DNA of 63,770 nt, filler included, from Basidioascus undulatus (GCA_000826855.1; 14 parts of 14 records of this genome joined end to end with filler, not necessarily neighbours in it); one strand, 5' to 3'; counted from the first letter of the whole stretch, positions 1 through 12,758 are shown. The notes: generated by a model not told the origin, from the sequence alone. Translations and numbers: made by a program.

Positions 1-153
1 TCTGTGTTGAGAGGCTTCGGGCCTCGGTCCAGCTCTGAGCGTGAGATTTTGAAATGGATTCTGGGCGGCCGATATGGGGGAGGGAAGACGATAACGCATC
101 GCTCGACCTTCTTGCCTCATTCCCCTTCCCTCCCCAGTCCCGTAGACACGAAA

Positions 154-682
154 ATGACCGACTTCCCGAAATCCGAATGGCACTCAATGTCCGTCCGTCC
201 GTCCCCCCTCCCCTTCCCATCCTCACTCACACTCCCCCACCCGGACAGAGAGCTCTCGATCCCGTTCCCCTCCCCGCAGCACGCATCCATCGCCCTCCGC
301 GCCATCTCCGTCGACCCCGAGTTGCGGTCGTCCGAGGTAGACCGCACGCTCTCCCTCTCTGATTCTAACCTCCTCGCGTCCGTCTTCTCCCTTCTCCCTC
401 TCCTTCCCCTCCCGCTCCCCTCTCCCCTCGCCTTCTTCCTTCAGGCCGTTTGACAAGCGATCTCCCAACAGCACCTTCCGCGCCTCCACCATCCGCCAAG
501 CGCGCCTCTCCGTCAACGCCTTCCTCGAGAACGTCGACCTCGTCCTCCGCACCCTCGCAGAGTTCGCACCCGAGAACGCACGCGGAGAGGGGAGGGGCGA
601 GGTGGTGAGGGACGAGGATGTGGAGGGGCCGAGGGAGACGGCGACGCATGGGGTGCGAGTGAGGGGGAGCGGGGGCGGGTAG
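154..682 (+). CDS. PCC1: EKC/KEOPS complex subunit Pcc1 (LAGE3 family), 3 exons
   Basis: Spliced translation MTDFPKSEWHS..ELSIPFPSPQHASIALRAISVDPELRSSEVDRTLSLSDSNLL..TFRASTIRQARLSVNAFLENVDLVLRTLAEF matches the Pcc1 pattern; two GTCCGT...CAG introns; TAG at 680-682. Confidence 0.85.
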
Positions 683-2773
683 GCGGATGAATTCGGGGTC
701 TAAAGCAGTGCGCGGGATGGGAGGGTGGTCAGGCACTCACAGGAAGGGACGTGGGTTGCTCGCACCTCACCTCACTCGACGTCGTTCTCCCTTCGTATCG
801 CGCACTCGCTGCCCCACCTCTCACCCGCTCTCGACAAAATCACACACTCCGCGAGAAGCCCGCACAGCCGGGCATTTCCCACTCGCAGTCCTGCTTCAAA
901 CCGACCATCCTCCGCGAACCCATCTTCTTGCTCACCTCCGTTCACCTCGCATTCCTCGCCACACCCTCGATCACAGTCCACCCTGTGCCAGTCTTACATT
1001 CGCTTTCCTCGACCAAACCACGACCTCGACTACTCTCAGGCCCGAAAATTCTTTCGCAACCTCCTCCGCTCCTGTCGGCCTTGGGCACTCGCAACTAACC
1101 CCGCTCACGTTCACCAGGTCTTCACGATTCCTCTCGAACCCTCGCACACGCCGGACCCCGCTCCATACCTCTCTCCCTTCGATCATCCGCAGTCCAGGGT
1201 TCCTCACATCCTTTCACTCGTATACCCGAGGGGAGGGGGGCGGCCGGGGGCCAGCCGCACTGTTCGATTGGCGACGCCCGCATTGCGATGTGGTCGTAGC
1301 CTGCCGAGCACGCCGAACCACCGAAAATCGGTTTTCCTTTCCTTTCTGCCCCTCGGCCCCTGGATGACAAAGAGAACGTTCGGGATGGAACTGGCTGGCT
1401 GAGCGTGTGCGTCCGCAGCTTACCCGACCTGAGACGGCCCATCGCTCGACCGTTCTGTGTTCCACCCACTTCATTTCACTCCGCGCGGCAGGTCTCAGCC
1501 GCGTTTCACGCCTCGCAGACGTCATTCGAGATCCAGGATGGAACATCCCCGTTCACCTCATCGGCTGACACCTCTGGCGACCCGTCCTCGTCCATTCACG
1601 ACCGAATCACGGAAGGGCTCGCGGAGCGGTGGGGACAAGGCTTGGACTGCCGAGGATTGGGCTGGTCGACTTCCTCAGCAACTAATAGATGGATTGTGCC
1701 CGCGCTATGGACGGCGCACGCCCCGCGGGGTGGGGGGGGTGGCGGGAGAGTGCTGCAGCGGGCTTGGGTTGGACGATGAGAGTTCGGGTGCTTATGGGTT
1801 TTTTCTATGGGTTCCGAGGGAAGTCAATTACACAGATCGAACGAGACGGGCTCCCTCTCGGCGATGAGCAGCACGCTATGTAATTTAAGCCACTCGGCAT
1901 GCAGCGTCTCTCGGATAAATGCGTCGAGTAGGTAAAACAGCAAGGATGCCGAAGACGCAGTCTGTCAGGTAGTGATGTCCGTCGTGTTCCGATCCGGGCC
2001 GGTCCTGAGTGTGGATTGCGGTCTCTGATCTGTGGAGGACCGGATCGAAGACCGAAGACCGATGTTTAGGAAAAAGGACGTACCGGATCTGGAGGAAAGA
2101 GGACGGTCCAGCCTGGCCATGGGGAATAGTTCAGTTGATCTGGTCTGGGGTCAGCAACATAGTAGTTTAGGTGGAGCCTGCAGGTCAAAGGTCAAAGGGT
2201 GGGTCTGCGGCAGCAGGCACTGACTGCAGACGCTCGTCGGCCGGCGAGTGCCTCTGTCTTTCTTCCAACGCTTACCTTTCTATTAATTTCTAATTGTTTT
2301 AGAAGATTTACAACTGTCGCGTACATGCCGACTGGAACGGACGCTCAAGGCACTTTAAACAGCAGCCTGCAAACTAATCCTGGACTGGACCGAGGAACGT
2401 TATATCCTGGTGAGAACCGCGACCCTCATAATTCTGAGGGGAATGTCCAAGACCGAACCGCCCCACTACTGTAATGCCCGGAAGTGAAGCAAGGCGGCAA
2501 GCTGAGAGGCGGACAGTGCGGCAGATTCAGATGGGCACTACTTCACTGTCATGGATCATTGCACGAGATAAGTTGTGTAAGCAAGCAAAAATGAGGGCTC
2601 TAAAGTAATAGCTCAACTTTGGAATATTGCAGAAACTGCTTCGGCCTTCCAGGCGGATTCGACTACGTCTGCCTGCCGGACGAAAAGCCATTCAAAGCAA
2701 GCCCTCAGCAAGCAGTCACAATAGTTTCCAAGAAGACGCTCATCGACGTACCGTAATACGCTGCGTTTACCGT

Positions 2774-2991
2774 TTAGCAGTCGAACCCGCACGTGTAGAC
2801 CGTCCCGCTCGACGCGGCGAGGCCGTTCCAGCCGTTGCTGAAGTCTGAGCGCGCGCCAGGTCAGCGCGAGTCGTCCGTCATGTCGAACGTCTGGTCGCCC
2901 GCGGTGACCTGTTGGACGGGCAGAGTTCAGCTTGGTCCGCATCCCGAAGTTGGAGATAGTGGATGAGGGAATGCGTACCTCGAGAGAGTCG
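2774..2991 (-). CDS. 3' end of an unidentified spliced gene, truncated by the contig edge
   Basis: On the minus strand, GTACGC...CAG and CTGAC...CAG intron signals precede a GC3-rich terminal exon FSNGWNGLAASSGTVYTCGFDC*; family not recognised. Confidence 0.35.
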
Positions 2992-3091
2992 NNNNNNNNN
3001 NNNNNNNNNNNNNNNNNNNNNNNNNNNNNNNNNNNTTAATTAATTAANNNNNNNNNNNNNNNNNNNNNNNNNNNNNNNNNNNNNNNNNNNN
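2992..3091. other. Artificial contig spacer N44-TTAATTAATTAA-N44 (first of 13)
   Basis: Identical 100-nt spacer at 2992, 6081, 9168, 12251, 36160, 39240, 42314, 45388, 48460, 51529, 54594, 57654 and 60713; the 12-mer places TAA in all six frames. Confidence 0.98.
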
Positions 3092-4061
3092 TGGGAGGGG
3101 GGGCAGGGGAGGAGCGCACCTCGATGGGGTCCCCGAATAGGTCGGTTTCCGAGGAGGACGCGGTGGCGGGGGAGGAGCGAGGCATCGGTGTACGATTTGC
3201 GTGTGAGGGATTTTGAGTGCTTGGGAGTATGAATATGTTGGTGGGCTGGTTAAGGGAGACGATATGGAGGGCGATAAGGGAGAGCGCGAGGCAGCTGAGG
3301 CAAGGCTGGACAAGGCATGGAAGCAAAATGTTGGGATTCGGGGAATAGGTTGAGGGGGATTCCACGTTCAGCATTCAGCAGTTGCTGCCACATTGTCCAT
3401 GCCAGCACTGCAAATTAGCTCCGGTTGGGTGACTCAACGTATATGAAGTGCACATAAATGCTGTCTGCCAGGGAGAAAGACGAAGAATGAGGGTCGGTCG
3501 GCGGCTGTGAATTCTGGAAGCCGGAGGAGCTGGTTGAACCTCTAACTGGCAGGCAGAACTGCCCTGCCGTCAGTGTTTTTTGTGTATATTGAGCTGCTTG
3601 AAGAAAACAAAGTAAAAGATGGCTTGAGGTACATATAAAGGTCAGATCGTTGAGAATGCAGCCTAGCGAAAGCGGTGGGAGGTGTCGGGTGAAGTCAAAC
3701 GCGTCCGACGTTGACGGGTTTGGACAGCGGACATTGACCCCAAACACAGCGGCCGACCCGACGATCCTCTTCACCTCGTCCTCAACCTGCTCCTGACCAC
3801 CATCTCGCATCCTCCCGCCAAACTCGCCACGAATCACGCTATTAACGTTCTTTCAAATTTTCATATTCTCCTTTTACTTTGACTGTTGTCGGCGACGCTG
3901 GGCGGACGGGTCGACTACGCTCCGCTACGACGCGACGTGGCTGGGCCTGAGTCTCTGAGCAGCGAGCGACACAGGTCCGCCATGTTCCTCTCTACCATCT
4001 CACCAGAGATCCCTCAGAGCTGACTGTTGCACTCAGCAGCCCTTGACGGACCCGCCGGTCA

Positions 4062-6080
4062 ATGTCCGCGCTCTCGTCGCCGACCGCGCCCCATTCTGCC
4101 TCGTCCTCGCTCTCCTCCGCGCCGACCCTCACCCGCCCGTCCCAGCACTCCCGCCCCGTCTCCGCCATCTACCTCGGCAAAGACGCGTCCCCGTCCACCC
4201 CCGCGTCCGGCTCCGGCTCTATCCCCTCCCCCGCCGTCTCCTCCCTCCCCAGCCCGCCCGCGACGGCCTCGAGCCAGAGCCAGGACAGCGTCGGCCGCGC
4301 CCGCGGCGGCAGCGGCCGGCGCGCGGACGACGCGCTCGATTATAGTCCCCTTGCGCGGGACGTCGGGCGAAGGGGCAGGGAGGTCTTTGGAGGGGTGGGG
4401 AGGGACAGGGAGAGGGATGCCGGGCCCAGGACGCCCGTGGAGAGGCGCTTTGGCGGGGAGGACAAGAAGCAGACGAGCCCTTCTTCGGATCGGATCGCCG
4501 CGCTTGCTGAGAAGAACAAAGAGGTGCGTACCATTTCCACGCTCTGGCTTCTAAACTGGGTGCTAAGGCTCCACTCGCGCTCGCGGACAGATCCTCAATC
4601 GCGTAAACTCCGTCTCGCCCTCTCCCCACTCGGCCTCCCGTCCCTCGACCTCCGCCTCTGCATCGCGCTCCACCACCTCCTTCTCCGCGCACTCCCACAC
4701 GCGACACGCCTCCTCTCCCTTCTCTCCTTCGCCCCTCCCTCCCGGCTCCACCATCACCTCCTCCCACCACCGCGCCACGTCCTCGTACGACTCCGCCGAG
4801 CCGTCCTCCCGCACCGGCACATCTCGCAGCCACTTCTTCTCCCCCCCGTCGGCCCACTCCTCCTCTACGCTCTCCTCCCGCTCCCGCGCACCCCTGTACG
4901 ATGCGCAGCACGACCGCGAGCGGGTCACCCGCAGCCCGGAGCGCGTCGTACTCCTCGACAGCCCGACGCGCGCCCTTAGGACCGCGTCCGAGTACGCCGC
5001 AAGCTCGACTCGCGCGACGAGGGGCATCCCGAGGAAGAACTCCCCTGGTGGGATCGGCGCGAGCGCGAGCATGTCGAGGACGGATTCAGGGTCGAGTCCG
5101 CGGAGGAGGAGCGCAATCCCGAGGGAGTTCTTTGACTCGCCCGGATCGGCTACGCCTACGGAGGAGGTGTGTCGCACTCTGCGTTCCCTTCACTCCGTCC
5201 ACCCCGAAACGTTGTTGCTCATCTTCTGTACCGCACATCAGCCCCCATCACACTCCCCGCGCACCGCCTCCCCCCCGATGCTCTCCGGGCGCGGCACCGG
5301 CCCGCCGCTCAACTCCCCTCTCTCCACTTCCCGCCCGCGCCCGCAAGCGCATCACCGCCGACGCGAGTCGCGCGCGTCCACCTCAACCGCATACGACAAC
5401 GACCACGACGAGCCCGACGACGAGCCCGGCGGGGGCGTCGCGCCGGACGCGACGCCGCGGCCGTCGAACGAGCGGCGGCGCTCAGACAACCACAACCACA
5501 ACCACCGGTCCGCCTCGCGTGCGTCGAGCCGCGCCGATTCGCGCGCCCGCCTCCGGCGCGACGGCTTGCCCGTCTCACCCAGCTTGCGCGACTTCCCGAC
5601 CTCCTCTCCCAGCGTGGCCTCCTTCGCGCGCAGTGGACAGCACCGCACGCGCGCTTCCGTCGATGCCTCCTCCGTCGCGTCTGGGTACTCCGACCGGGAC
5701 CGAGACCGGGACCGGGACCGGCCGCGCCGGTTCCCCAAAACATCCGCGACATCCTTGACGGAGCTGACGGAGGGCGGGCCCGCGCCGCTCCCGCCTGGGG
5801 ACGTCCGGCGCACGACGCGGCACAGCACGAGCTCAAACATGGGCGACCCGCGCCCCGTCCCGCGCACGCCGCTCACGCGCTCGCTCCGCCAGGCAGTGAA
5901 CGCAGCGACGAGCATCCCGCGTGAGCGCGAGCGGCCCGCGACGAGCCTCGCGTTCGTCGACGCGCCCATGAGCGCCCCGCCCGTGGGGCGCGAGCGCAGG
6001 CTCCAGAGCCGGAGCGTGCTGGGCGACTACGCGCGCCCGCCCAGCCGCACAGCGGGGGGCGCGGTGGACATGCTCCGTGG
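4062..6080 (+). CDS. Large Ser/Arg/Pro-rich hypothetical protein, 3' truncated
   Basis: ORF from 4062 (RPVSAIYLG..LPSPP..DRIAALAEKNKE), GTGCGT...ACAG intron, then continuation through the 5071-6080 frame; low complexity, includes an RDRDRDRDR repeat. Confidence 0.6.
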
Positions 6081-6180
6081 NNNNNNNNNNNNNNNNNNNN
6101 NNNNNNNNNNNNNNNNNNNNNNNNTTAATTAATTAANNNNNNNNNNNNNNNNNNNNNNNNNNNNNNNNNNNNNNNNNNNN

Positions 6181-7095
6181 TGCCATTAAAGCTAAAATAG
6201 CAGCAAACATAGCTATAACACCTAATAATTTATTAGGTATAGATCTTAATATTGCATAGAAAGGTAATAAATATCATTCTGGTACAATAGCAGGTGGAGT
6301 TTGCATAGGATTAGCCACAACATAATTTTCACTATCTCCTAATGCATTAGGCATAAAGAAAACAAATATAGATAAAACTATAAAGAATAAGAATATAGTA
6401 ACTAAATCTTTAAATAAGAAGTAAGGAGCGAAAGGTAATCTGTCATAATTAGCTGAGATACCTAAAGGATTACCTGATCCTACTACATCGTGGTAAGCTA
6501 TTAAGTGCATTAATACTAATGCAGCTAATACGAAAGGTAATAAGAAGTGTAATGCAAAAAATCTATTTAATGTAGCATTATTAACTGAAAAACCACCTCA
6601 TATAAATTCAACTATATCTTGACCTATTCAAGGTATAGCACTCATTAAGTTAGTAATAACAGTTGCTCCTCATAAACTCATTTGACCGTATGGTAATACG
6701 TAACCTAAAAAAGCTGTAGCCATCATTATTATAAGGATTACTGTACCTATAATTCATGTTAATGTTCTTGGTGATTTATAAGATCCATAGTATAAACCTC
6801 TACCTATGTGTAGGTATACTAAAAAGAAGAAAGCTGAAGCTGTATTAGCGTGTAAATAACGTATTAATCAACCATTGTTAACATCTCTCATAATGTGTTC
6901 AACAGAATTAAATGCTTCAGCTACACTAGGTGTGTAATGCATAGCTAATGTAACTCCTGTTACAATTTGTATTATTAAACATATTGCTAATAATGAACCA
7001 AAGTTTCATAAATAACTTATATTAGCTGGTGTAGGTGCGTCGATTAAGTAAGAATTTACTAATCTTAATAAAGGATTATTTTTAAGAATTCTCAT
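6181..7095 (-). CDS. cob: Mitochondrial apocytochrome b (genetic code 4), 3' truncated, no intron in the visible part
   Basis: ATG at 7095: [65 protein letters not shown]; in-frame TGA codons fall at conserved Trp positions. Confidence 0.98.
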
Positions 7096-7382
7096 ATTTT
7101 TATTATATATTTATTGTTATTGTTCTATTTTATGTTTTATTTTGCTATATTATAATATAAATAAATAAATATAAATATATATATTTATATTTATATATGG
7201 GTTTGTTCAATTAAAAACTGCTATGCAGCCGGAAAAGAAATTAGAATTTCTATTCTTAATAAATGTAATTATGGATCTATATATATATATTGTAATTATA
7301 TATTTATACTCTATATTAATATATATATTGTGGATATAATATTTATATTAATATATGTAAGTTAGTTCAATTAATAAATATT

Positions 7383-9071
7383 TTAAATATTAACAGGAAT
7401 AAATAATACAATAGCTAATAAATTAGATAAATGCAATGTTTCATTAGGCATAAACATAAATAAAAGTATAATTAATGTTAAAATAGAAATAGTTATAGAT
7501 AAAGAACTAGATAAAGCAAAATTAGAATTAAAATATATTTTATTAACTACTTTATTTTTTTGTAAAATAAGAGCAGGTATTCTTAAATCTTTTAAGCTAC
7601 TAAAATAAGTATAACAATGTCCATCAAAGAACATAGTTTTTACTATAAATAAATAATATACAGCACTTATAACACTAGTTAATACACCTATAAGAGTTAA
7701 AAATATAAATCCTTCTTGTAAAGCTGCAGAAAATACCATCTGTTTAGCAAAGAATCCCATTAAAGGTGGAATACCAGCAAATGAGAATAAAGTAATAGTT
7801 AAACTTAAAGCTAAGAAACTATTAATATGGAAATATCCTTTAAGCTGACTTATAAGTTGTATAGGTGAATTATTTTTATCTATTAAATTATTATGATTAA
7901 TATTTTTATCATTATAAGCATATAAGCTATAACCTATAGCTATTAATAAAATAAATGCATTTAAATTAGATAAACTATATTGAGCTAAATAGAAAATAAA
8001 TGATTGTATAGATTCAACACTATTAATAGTTAATGCTAATAACATAAAACCTAAATGAGATATAGTACTATAAGCAAACAATCTTTTAATTCTAAATTGT
8101 GTTAAACCTAATACAGTACCAATTATTAAAGATAATAATGAACTTATTAATAAACTAGTAGTTCAAGTATATTGTGTAGTAATATATATACTATTTGTAT
8201 AATGAACTAATTGTAATAATAAAGTTAATATAGAAATTTTAGCTATTATAGCTACAAAAGTAGTAACTATAGTAGGTATTGCATCATAAACATCAGGTGA
8301 TCAAAAATGGAATGGTGCAGCTGATATTTTAAATAATAATCCTATAGTTATTAATAATAAGCAATAAGGTATATAAGTAGTAATTTGTTGTTCATCTAAT
8401 ACACCTGCTAAATTATTTATAACATAGAAACTATCTAAATATGTTACACCTAAATTTGCATATATTAAAGCTATACCTAATAATATAAAACAAGATGCTA
8501 ATCCACCTAATAAAAAATAAGTTAAACCAGCAGATGTAGCTGATTCAGAATTTCTATACATAGTACATAATAAATATAAACCATAACTTTGTAATTCTAT
8601 AGATAAGAATATAGATACGAAATCACTACTAGATATTAATAATAAACTACCTATTACAATAAATAATAACATTAATGTATATTCTAATATTGTATATTGT
8701 TCTCCTTTTTTTAAAATTATATTAGATACAGCAATGTTTTTAACAAATTGTAATTTTGTAAATAATAATTTATATAAACTTAAGTAATTACTAGAAATAA
8801 GTTTTCTTGGATAAAAACCAGTTAAATTCAGTATTAATAATGTAATAATAAATATTAATATATGAAATGTTTGTGTTATAGGTGATGTATAAAATAAACC
8901 ACCAAACAACCCTATACCATTATCTAAATATGTTATAAATAAATTATTATAACATAAATAAATACAGTAAAATAATATTATAATACCTATTCTTGAATAA
9001 AGAATAGCTGTATCACGTCTAAAAGACAATGCATTAGATAATATTAAACAGAAGATTGAAGATAAAAGCAT
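7383..9071 (-). CDS. nad2: Mitochondrial NADH dehydrogenase subunit 2 (genetic code 4)
   Basis: ORFs 8301-9071 and 7383-8081 join with TGA=Trp ([17 protein letters not shown]); motifs [40 protein letters not shown]. Confidence 0.97.
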
Positions 9072-9267
9072 ATCTGAATAAAAAATATAAATAAATTTAA
9101 ATTAAATAAAATAAATAATAGATATTTAGATATATCTATTATTAAAAAAAAAATAATAAGTTATTATNNNNNNNNNNNNNNNNNNNNNNNNNNNNNNNNN
9201 NNNNNNNNNNNTTAATTAATTAANNNNNNNNNNNNNNNNNNNNNNNNNNNNNNNNNNNNNNNNNNNN

Positions 9268-10108
9268 CCCGCCACGCCCGCGTCGTCGCTCGACCTGCTC
9301 TTCCCCGCGCACCTCATTCCCGCCGAGGTGCAGGCGCAGCTGCCGCCAGGCTACCTGGTGTGTTGCCTCTCTCCCGCTCCCTCCCTGCTTCATGTCTATC
9401 TCATCTCATGGGAAACCCTTTAGATTCGGCCTCTCTCCTCGACCGACTACCAGCGTGGCCACCTGCCCCTCCTCTCCGTCCTGACCGCCGCGCCCGACAT
9501 TGGGCCCTCCGCGTGGCTCGCACGCTTCCACCAGCTGCGGTCCGTCTCCGAGACGTACTACGTTCTCGTAATCGTCGACGCGGACGACCGCCTCGTCGCG
9601 ACGGGGACGGTCTTTCTCGAGCGCAAGTTCCTCCGCGGGGGCGGGCTGGTCGGGCACATCGAGGACATCGCGGTCGACAAGGGCCAGCACGGCAAGAGTC
9701 TGGGGAAACGCGTCATTCAGGCGCTGACGGCCGTGGGGGAGGGGCGAGGAGCGTATAAGGTCATTTTGGATTGTTCGCAGGACAATATCCGTGAGTCTAG
9801 GCGCTGCGCTGGCTGGGAAGCAGGGGAGAGAGGCAGGCTGATGATGTTCTTGCTGGTGGGTAGCGTTCTACGAGAAGTGCGGGTGCGTCTGGGCATGAGG
9901 TTCTGCACCGTTCTTTTACACACCCACATACTGATTCTTACCCCCATCATAGCTACAAGCACAAGGAGTACGAGATGGTACGCCGTCTTCCCTTACTCCC
10001 TCGTCCCACCCACCCATCCATCTGACCGTCTCTCGCCCACCCGCACAGGTCCGCTACACGCCCGAGGACGTCCTCCGCGCAGCGACCAAGGGTGCGTCGA
10101 AGCTCTGA
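9268..10108 (+). CDS. GNA1: Glucosamine-6-phosphate N-acetyltransferase, 5' truncated, C-terminal SKL
   Basis: Spliced translation IRPLSSTDYQRGHLPLLSVLT..ERKFLRGGGLVGHIEDIAVDKGQHGKSLGKRVIQAL..YKVILDCS..FYEKCGYKHKEYEMVRY..ASKL*; four GT-AG introns. Confidence 0.93.
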
Positions 10109-11134
10109 ACTCCCCGCAATCCGGTCCGCTTCGAGCTTTCATCCTTTCCCCGCACCCCAATTCTCATCGCGTCCGGGTCGGGCGTGGGTCACAGACGGGT
10201 CAGGCGAGGCGGCGGAGACACCGAGGGCGAGGGTATGAGAGGGTTGATGATGATCTTGCAGACTTTGGTTTTCGAGCTTGTGATACCTGCCGCTTGTGTG
10301 TGCATGTGTGCTTGAAATCGGTCATGCGAAGACCCCTCAATCACATGTTGGTCGACATTCCAGCACCCCCCTTTGGCCCTCCGTCCGCCCCGCCCGCCCG
10401 CCAGCCTCTGCCTCCGCACCCTGTTCTTCTCCTCGAGCCTCCATTGAAAACATCGTCCACCCCACCCGCACCTGCACTCCCGACGCCCGCCCTGTGCAGT
10501 CGGCAGCAGTGCTACTTGTTCCCACACTCTCACATACTGCCCGACGCGTGCACGTGCCTCTGCCTCTGCGCGTCGCAACCCACACCCAGCCAGTGCAGCC
10601 GGCCTCGCCTTGCTCTTCCGCTGCCTTCCACCGCCCTCGGGAACAGCACTTCCCATATTATTCTCTTGCTTTTTTTTTGCATTATTTACGGTGGTCCATC
10701 GACTGGAAGCGTGCGCTCCGCCAGCGAACCGGCACAGGTCGAGAATCACCCCGCTCCGAGCGCGTTGATCGTCGCCGATAGGGGTCCCGCCTCCCCTCGC
10801 CTTGCCTCTCAACATCGAGCACTCTCACACCCACACTCAGCCTTGATCTTTGGTCTTGCCCTCCACCCCGCCCCACCCCTTTCCCCCCACCTCTTTCTCT
10901 CTCCTCGCCCGCCGGCCAGCGTAAGTACATCGCCGGATCTGACCTCATCATCCTGGCCATCCCGGTCCTGGGTGTTGGGCCGCGCTCGCATCCCGATTCC
11001 CGTGGAGCTCACGCCCAGCATCCCCTTTTGTTCCCCTTCCTACAGCGCACCCTCCCACTCGCTCTTTCTCTCTCATTCCCCCTCTCTTCCCCACGGGCTG
11101 CCCGCACCAACAACATCCGACTGACGCGCGCACA

Positions 11135-12192
11135 ATGAACTTCTTCAAGACGAAGCCGAAGACGCCCGCGGAGCTCGTCCGCGGGCTGAAGGACGCGATT
11201 GGGAAGCTGGATGCTGGGCAGCCGGGCGGGGAAACGCGGAAGAAGGTGCGTGTTGCGGATGCGTGGGTTGGGTGGGAAGGCGTGGGCTGGGTTGGGCTCG
11301 CCCTGCGAGGGGAGGGAAGATGGAGAGGGAGGGGTCGCAGGAAGGAGGAGATGCAGGGGAGTGAGAGGGAGAGGAAGCGAGGTTGTGCTCGGGAAGCGAA
11401 CGAGATGGGATAGAACGGTGTCGGAGGAGGCGTTCGAAGAAGCCTGGCTCGAAGGAAGCGCTGCGATGTACTCCCCGTGCGGCGGAGACTGACCCTCACC
11501 TATCCTCCCTTCTTCCACCATCCAGGCAGCAGACGACGTCTCCAAGAACTTACAACAGATGAAGATCATCCTGCACGGCGATGGCGGTGCGTCTCCCCTC
11601 CTTCGCAGCCCCATCCGTCCACTTGCTCGCATTCTCCTCCCCGCTCCTTCCCGAGCCTGAGCTAACAACTGTGGCACCCTGGCCCACAGAGACTGATCCG
11701 CAACCCGACCAGGTCGCCCAGCTCGCACAAGAAGTCTACACCTCCGACCTGCTCCAGCTCCTCGTCCTCAACATCTGGCGATTCGAGTTCGAGGTGGGCA
11801 CCCACCGCTCCTTGTCTATCTCCCTCCCATCTTCCTCCCCGCTCCGCACTGCCATCTCACTTCCTCTCTCCCCCTCCCCTGGCCCGCCCCTCAACCTCCC
11901 GCAGTCCAAAAAAGAAGTGTCGACGATCTTCAACCATCTCCTTCGACGGCAGATTGGCTCGCGGTACCCGACGGTCGAGCACCTCTCGCAGCGGCCCGAG
12001 GTGATCTTCGCGACGCTGTCCGGGTACGAGAACGAGGACGTGGCGCTCAACACGGGCATGATCCTGCGCGAGATGCTCCGGTACGAGGTCCTCGCCAAGA
12101 CGCTCCTCTACGCCGACCAGTTCTACGACTTTGTGCGCTACATCGAGAAGACGACGTTTGGCGTCAGCTGCGACGCATTTGCGAACATGAAG
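11135..12192 (+). CDS. HYM1: MO25/Hym1 (CAB39-family) RAM-network scaffold, 3' truncated
   Basis: MNFFKTKPKTPAELVRGLKDAI..DDVSKNLQQMK..DQVAQLAQEVY..FEFESKKEVSTIFNHLLRRQIGSR..GYENEDVALNTGMILREMLRYE. Confidence 0.93.
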
Positions 12193-12350
12193 GTGGGTTG
12201 GGAGCGCGGGCTTTTAGGGGGATCGGGGCGAGGGAAGGGGAGGGGAGGAGNNNNNNNNNNNNNNNNNNNNNNNNNNNNNNNNNNNNNNNNNNNNTTAATT
12301 AATTAANNNNNNNNNNNNNNNNNNNNNNNNNNNNNNNNNNNNNNNNNNNN

Positions 12351-12758
12351 ATGGAGGGGGCGGTGGACGTCCGCGCGGGGCGGGGGGAGGCGGTGCTGGT
12401 GGAGAGGGTCGATAGTTGTTGATCTGCGGGGGCGAAGGTGAGGAATGTCGGGGTGAAAGAAAGGAGGGTGGGGAGCAGTGGAGAGCAGGGGGCATTGGAA
12501 CGCACCTGCCCGCCCACCCCCATTCAGCTCGGTTGGGATCGCAGGTCTTGAGCCAGACGCCTTCAGGCGTGCAGTCTCCTCGAACAGCTGCTGTCGTAGT
12601 AGGCGGTACTCGTCATCGCTGTAGCCGCGTCCCGCCCATCGGCCATCAGTATACCCTGGCTCAGACCCCTGTCCGACAATGAATGCTCGCCAGACGCACT
12701 CAAGCAGTCCCTCAGCATGCGCGGTCGCGAGCTCGTCTAATCGCTGTGGAAGCGACAT
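12351..12758 (-). CDS. Hypothetical protein N-terminus with a SHOCT-like motif, truncated
   Basis: ATG at 12758: MSLPQRLDELATAHAEGLL, GTGCGT...TACAG intron, then DDEYRLLRQQLFEE, which fits the LxxLxxxxxxGLLxxxEYxxxRxxL pattern. Confidence 0.5.

Noticed and set aside
687..1883. Stack of overlapping 110-226 aa ORFs downstream of PCC1
   Set aside because: No recognisable motif or consistent splice structure; overlapping ORFs are expected at this GC content
3036..3047. Recurrent TTAATTAATTAA palindrome as a biological repeat or transposon target site
   Set aside because: It is always centred in exactly 44+44 N and supplies stops in six frames, so it is an assembly linker
6181..9167. NUMT integrated among nuclear genes
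   Set aside because: It is bounded by artificial spacers with no nuclear junction, and both genes are intact under code 4
9733..11124. 463-aa ORF between GNA1 and HYM1
   Set aside because: It runs through GNA1 introns, the 3' region and the pyrimidine-rich HYM1 promoter, so it is a chance open frame
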